Under the pieces are notes generated by a model, which did no database searches, had not been told where the DNA came from, and was given only the letters and a program-made list of their open reading frames with translations. From NCBI GenBank assembly GCA_002469865.1, contig DKOD01000006.1:2539-31768 (forward strand): 29,230 nucleotides of DNA. The letters are read 5' to 3'. Below, piece by piece: positions 26,731 through 29,230 of the stretch (the first letter of the stretch is position 1; each line of letters starts with the position of its first letter). This DNA comes from Alphaproteobacteria bacterium UBA7371 (GTDB taxonomy: Bacteria > Pseudomonadota > Alphaproteobacteria > UBA8317). Position numbers and translations under genes: made by a program.

Positions 26731-26758
26731 TTGCACAAACTCCCGAAATCAGTATTTT
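26731..26758 (+). promoter_or_regulatory. Probable sigma70 promoter for rpmF-plsX-fabH
   Basis: TTGCAC-N16-TATTTT, ~62 nt upstream of the rpmF ATG, followed by a CAGGAG RBS. Confidence 0.5.
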
Positions 26759-26820
26759 CGCGCCTTTGATCATCGTGAGCATGCGGCGATTGCATGCGTT
26801 CGCGCCCCAGGAGAAGATTG

Positions 26821-27006
26821 ATGGCTGTCCCTAGAAAGAAAGTAACCCGTTCCAAGCGCAACAACCGTCGTGCCCATGACGCGGTCACCGCCGCCAACCC
26901 AAACGAATGCGCCAATTGTGGCGAATTGAAGCTTCCGCACCATATCTGTAATTCTTGCGGATTCTACCGCGAGCGTGAGACCGTGAAGGTCGACGCAACC
27001 GCCTAA
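26821..27006 (+). CDS. rpmF: 50S ribosomal protein L32 (four-Cys zinc-ribbon form)
   Basis: [20 protein letters not shown]...CANC...[11 protein letters not shown]; start ATG 26821. Confidence 0.97.
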   Translation: MAVPRKKVTRSKRNNRRAHDAVTAANPNECANCGELKLPHHICNSCGFYRERETVKVDATA

Positions 27007-27032
27007 GACACAAACATCATCGTGAGGCCAGC

Positions 27033-28082
27033 ATGACAAGGGTAATTGCTATTGATGGCCTCGGCGGTGATAACGCACCTTCTGCCGTGGTGGAGGGGCT
27101 TCGGCTTAATGCTGAGCGCAACCCTGATATATCTTACATTGTAACCGGCCCAATTGATCAGATGACATCTGTTTTTGGCGGTTTGACCATTGCGGGGGAA
27201 CGCATCAGCTTTGTTGATGCACCAGACCATGTGTCCATGGATGCCAAACCAAGCCAGGCAGTGCGCCAAGGCCGCAATTCAAGTTTGTGGAAAGCGATTG
27301 AAGAGGTAAAGGAAGGGCGTGCTCATGCCGTGGTGTCCGGTGGCAATACCGGTGCTTTGATGGCCATGTCTGCCCTTCAATTGCGCACCATTGATGGTAT
27401 TGATCGCCCAGCCATCGCCGCCATTTGGCCAACCCTACGTTCGGAAAGTATTGTCCTTGATGTTGGCGCTAATCTTGAGGCTAATGCCAAACAATTAACA
27501 CAATTTGCCTTGATGGGTGTTGAATTTGCTAGGCTAGGCCTCGGGGTGCGTCGCCCGACGGTCGGCCTTTTGAATATTGGTTCAGAAGACCAAAAAGGTA
27601 GGGAAGAAATCCGCGAGGCCCAAGATATGCTTTTGGCCATGGATGATGCCTCTTTTAGCTATGAGGGCTTCGTGGAGGGAAATGACATCAGTAAAGGGAC
27701 GGTTGATGTTGTTGTTACCGACGGATTTACCGGGAATGTGGCCTTAAAAAGCGCCGAGGGCACAGCAAAGCAGGTTGGCGATTATCTTCGTGCGGCTCTT
27801 TCCCGTTCCATTGGCGGGCGTATTGGTTATTTCCTTGCCAAGGGCGCTTTGGTTGCTTTCAAGCGTCGTGTGGACCCAAGAAGGGTCAATGGCGGCCCTT
27901 TGCTTGGTCTCAATGGGCTTGTGGTCAAAAGCCATGGCGGAACCGATGGTATTGGTTTTGCTTCCGCCCTTGATCTCGCTGTTGATCTTGCCAAGGCTGG
28001 CATCACCGACAAACTCCATCAGAGGGTGGCGCTCATGAACAAAGTTGTTGATGAAAATGGTCAAGCAGTGTCCGCATCATGA
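27033..28082 (+). CDS. plsX: Phosphate acyltransferase PlsX
   Basis: [53 protein letters not shown] and VKSHG. Confidence 0.98.
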   Translation: MTRVIAIDGLGGDNAPSAVVEGLRLNAERNPDISYIVTGPIDQMTSVFGGLTIAGERISFVDAPDHVSMDAKPSQAVRQGRNSSLWKAIEEVKEGRAHAVVSGGNTGALMAMSALQLRTIDGIDRPAIAAIWPTLRSESIVLDVGANLEANAKQLTQFALMGVEFARLGLGVRRPTVGLLNIGSEDQKGREEIREAQDMLLAMDDASFSYEGFVEGNDISKGTVDVVVTDGFTGNVALKSAEGTAKQVGDYLRAALSRSIGGRIGYFLAKGALVAFKRRVDPRRVNGGPLLGLNGLVVKSHGGTDGIGFASALDLAVDLAKAGITDKLHQRVALMNKVVDENGQAVSAS

Positions 28083-29041
28083 ATGTGCGCGCTCATCTTC
28101 TGGGTACAGGTTCTTATCTGCCTGAACGTATTGTCAGAAATGAAGAACTAGCGAATTTGGTGGATACATCTGATGCCTGGATACGTGAACGCACAGGTAT
28201 CGAGCAGCGCCACCGTGCGGCCGATGGGGAACTGACATCGGATTTGGCCCTGGCGGCCTCCAAGGCAGCCCTCAAAGATGCTGGCCTTGAAGGTGGTGAC
28301 CTTGATCTCATCATTGTGGCCACGGCCACGCCCGACCATACCTTTCCAGCCACGGCCACCAAATTACAGGCAGCATTGGGTGGCCATGGATTTCCAGCAT
28401 TTGATGTGCAGGCAGTTTGCTCTGGTTTTTTGTATGCACTTCATGTGGCCGATTGCATGATCCGGACTGGCGGCACAAAAAAGGCGCTGGTTGTTGGTGC
28501 AGAGACTTTTTCCAGGATTTTGGATTTTGAAGATAGGACGACTTGCGTTCTGTTTGGTGATGGTGCTGGCGCTGTGGTGCTGGGTGCGGGGCCGGATGAT
28601 GGAAGGGGTGTCGTTGCCACGGCCCTTCATGCCGATGGCCGGCAGCATGATATTCTCTACGTGGATGGGGGCGTGTCCACAACACAAACAGCAGGTTTTT
28701 TGCGCATGGAAGGCCAGGAAGTGTATCGCCATGCGGTGACCGAACTCACCAATGTGCTTTTGGAAGTGATGGACAAGGCCGGGCTTTCTGTTGAGGAAAT
28801 TGATTGGGTGGTTCCCCACCAGGCAAATAAGCGCATTTTGCAATCAACAGCCAAAAAACTTGGCCTTGATTTCAATCAGGTGGTGGTCACCATCGACAAG
28901 CATGGCAACACATCCGCAGCATCTGTGCCGTTGGCCCTAGACCTTGCCCGCAAGGATGGGCGCATTAAAGCTGGCCAAACCTTGCTTCTGGAAGCCATGG
29001 GTGGTGGACTTACCTGGGGCGCTGCGGTGTTAAGAACCTGA
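28079..29041 (+). CDS. fabH: Beta-ketoacyl-ACP synthase III
   Basis: WIRERTGI, catalytic Cys in AVCSGF, FGDGAGA, His in PHQAN and Asn in GNTSAAS. Confidence 0.98.
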   Translation: MNVRAHLLGTGSYLPERIVRNEELANLVDTSDAWIRERTGIEQRHRAADGELTSDLALAASKAALKDAGLEGGDLDLIIVATATPDHTFPATATKLQAALGGHGFPAFDVQAVCSGFLYALHVADCMIRTGGTKKALVVGAETFSRILDFEDRTTCVLFGDGAGAVVLGAGPDDGRGVVATALHADGRQHDILYVDGGVSTTQTAGFLRMEGQEVYRHAVTELTNVLLEVMDKAGLSVEEIDWVVPHQANKRILQSTAKKLGLDFNQVVVTIDKHGNTSAASVPLALDLARKDGRIKAGQTLLLEAMGGGLTWGAAVLRT

Positions 29042-29125
29042 TCCACCCCCCCCGACATCTTGATGATTGCAATCGATGCCTTGGCATGACAACATTTGGT
29101 CAAGGGTTTTTGTTGGGGGTCGTTC

Positions 29126-29230
29126 ATGACTGCATTAACGCGGGCAGACATTGCCATGGCCATACATCGTGAGCTTGGGATTTCACGAACGGAATGTTCT
29201 TATTTCGTCGATGCCATTATCGAAGAGATT
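29126..29230 (+). CDS. ihfA: Integration host factor subunit alpha (truncated by window edge)
   Basis: Not in ORF track. Manual translation MTALTRADIAMAIHRELGISRTECSYFVDAIIEEI matches the IHF-alpha N-terminus, and the position after plsX-fabH is the usual alphaproteobacterial one. Confidence 0.9.
   Translation, partial: MTALTRADIAMAIHRELGISRTECSYFVDAIIEEI

Noticed and set aside
29046-29053. C8 homopolymer as a phase-variable tract
   Set aside because: It is short, non-coding and not within an evident promoter spacer; better explained as a possible anti-SD arm.
3612-29087. Recurring GCATG/CATGC cores in intergenic palindromes as a REP-like family
   Set aside because: The flanks differ in every case and CATG is frequent throughout the coding sequence; a k-mer count would be needed to claim enrichment.
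1-29230. CRISPR arrays, tRNA/rRNA genes, IS elements, integrases, prophage or defence genes, frameshifted pseudogenes
   Set aside because: No repeat-spacer periodicity, cloverleaf, transposase or integrase motif, or broken reading frame was seen; nearly all sequence is accounted for by intact CDSs.

Overview
Gene-dense, mostly housekeeping window from an alphaproteobacterium (GC roughly in the low-50s % by eye, not computed). It holds 32 CDSs, two of them cut by the window edges (glcB at the left, ihfA at the right, both missing from the ORF track). I saw no rRNA, tRNA, CRISPR array, prophage, transposase or clear pseudogene. The backbone is three familiar alphaproteobacterial blocks: pdxJ-lepB-rnc-era-recO-parC; hemB<>hemA-glyA-nrdR-ribD-ribE-ribBX-ribH-nusB; and bamE<>cbp3-like-yceD-rpmF-plsX-fabH-ihfA. 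Two less standard patches interrupt it. The first (1-5125, all minus strand) encodes a membrane-fused spermidine-synthase-like protein, an SbtA-like permease with no sbtB, a renalase-like flavoprotein and malate synthase G. The second (11.3-17.3 kb) encodes solo bioY, bpt/ate, a DASS/SLC13-RCK_C transporter and, divergently, a PuuB-like oxidase, a flavin reductase and a beta-hydroxyacid dehydrogenase. I cannot demonstrate a new system from sequence alone. The best leads are the altered-motif SbtA-like permease, the spermidine-synthase-like fusion lacking the GGGDG aspartate, the transporter plus three-oxidoreductase module, the hemB<>hemA-glyA arrangement, and several intergenic palindromes or hairpins (5163-5190, 3486-3503, 29049-29119). 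Comparisons with reference proteins and gene orders are from memory and need checking.
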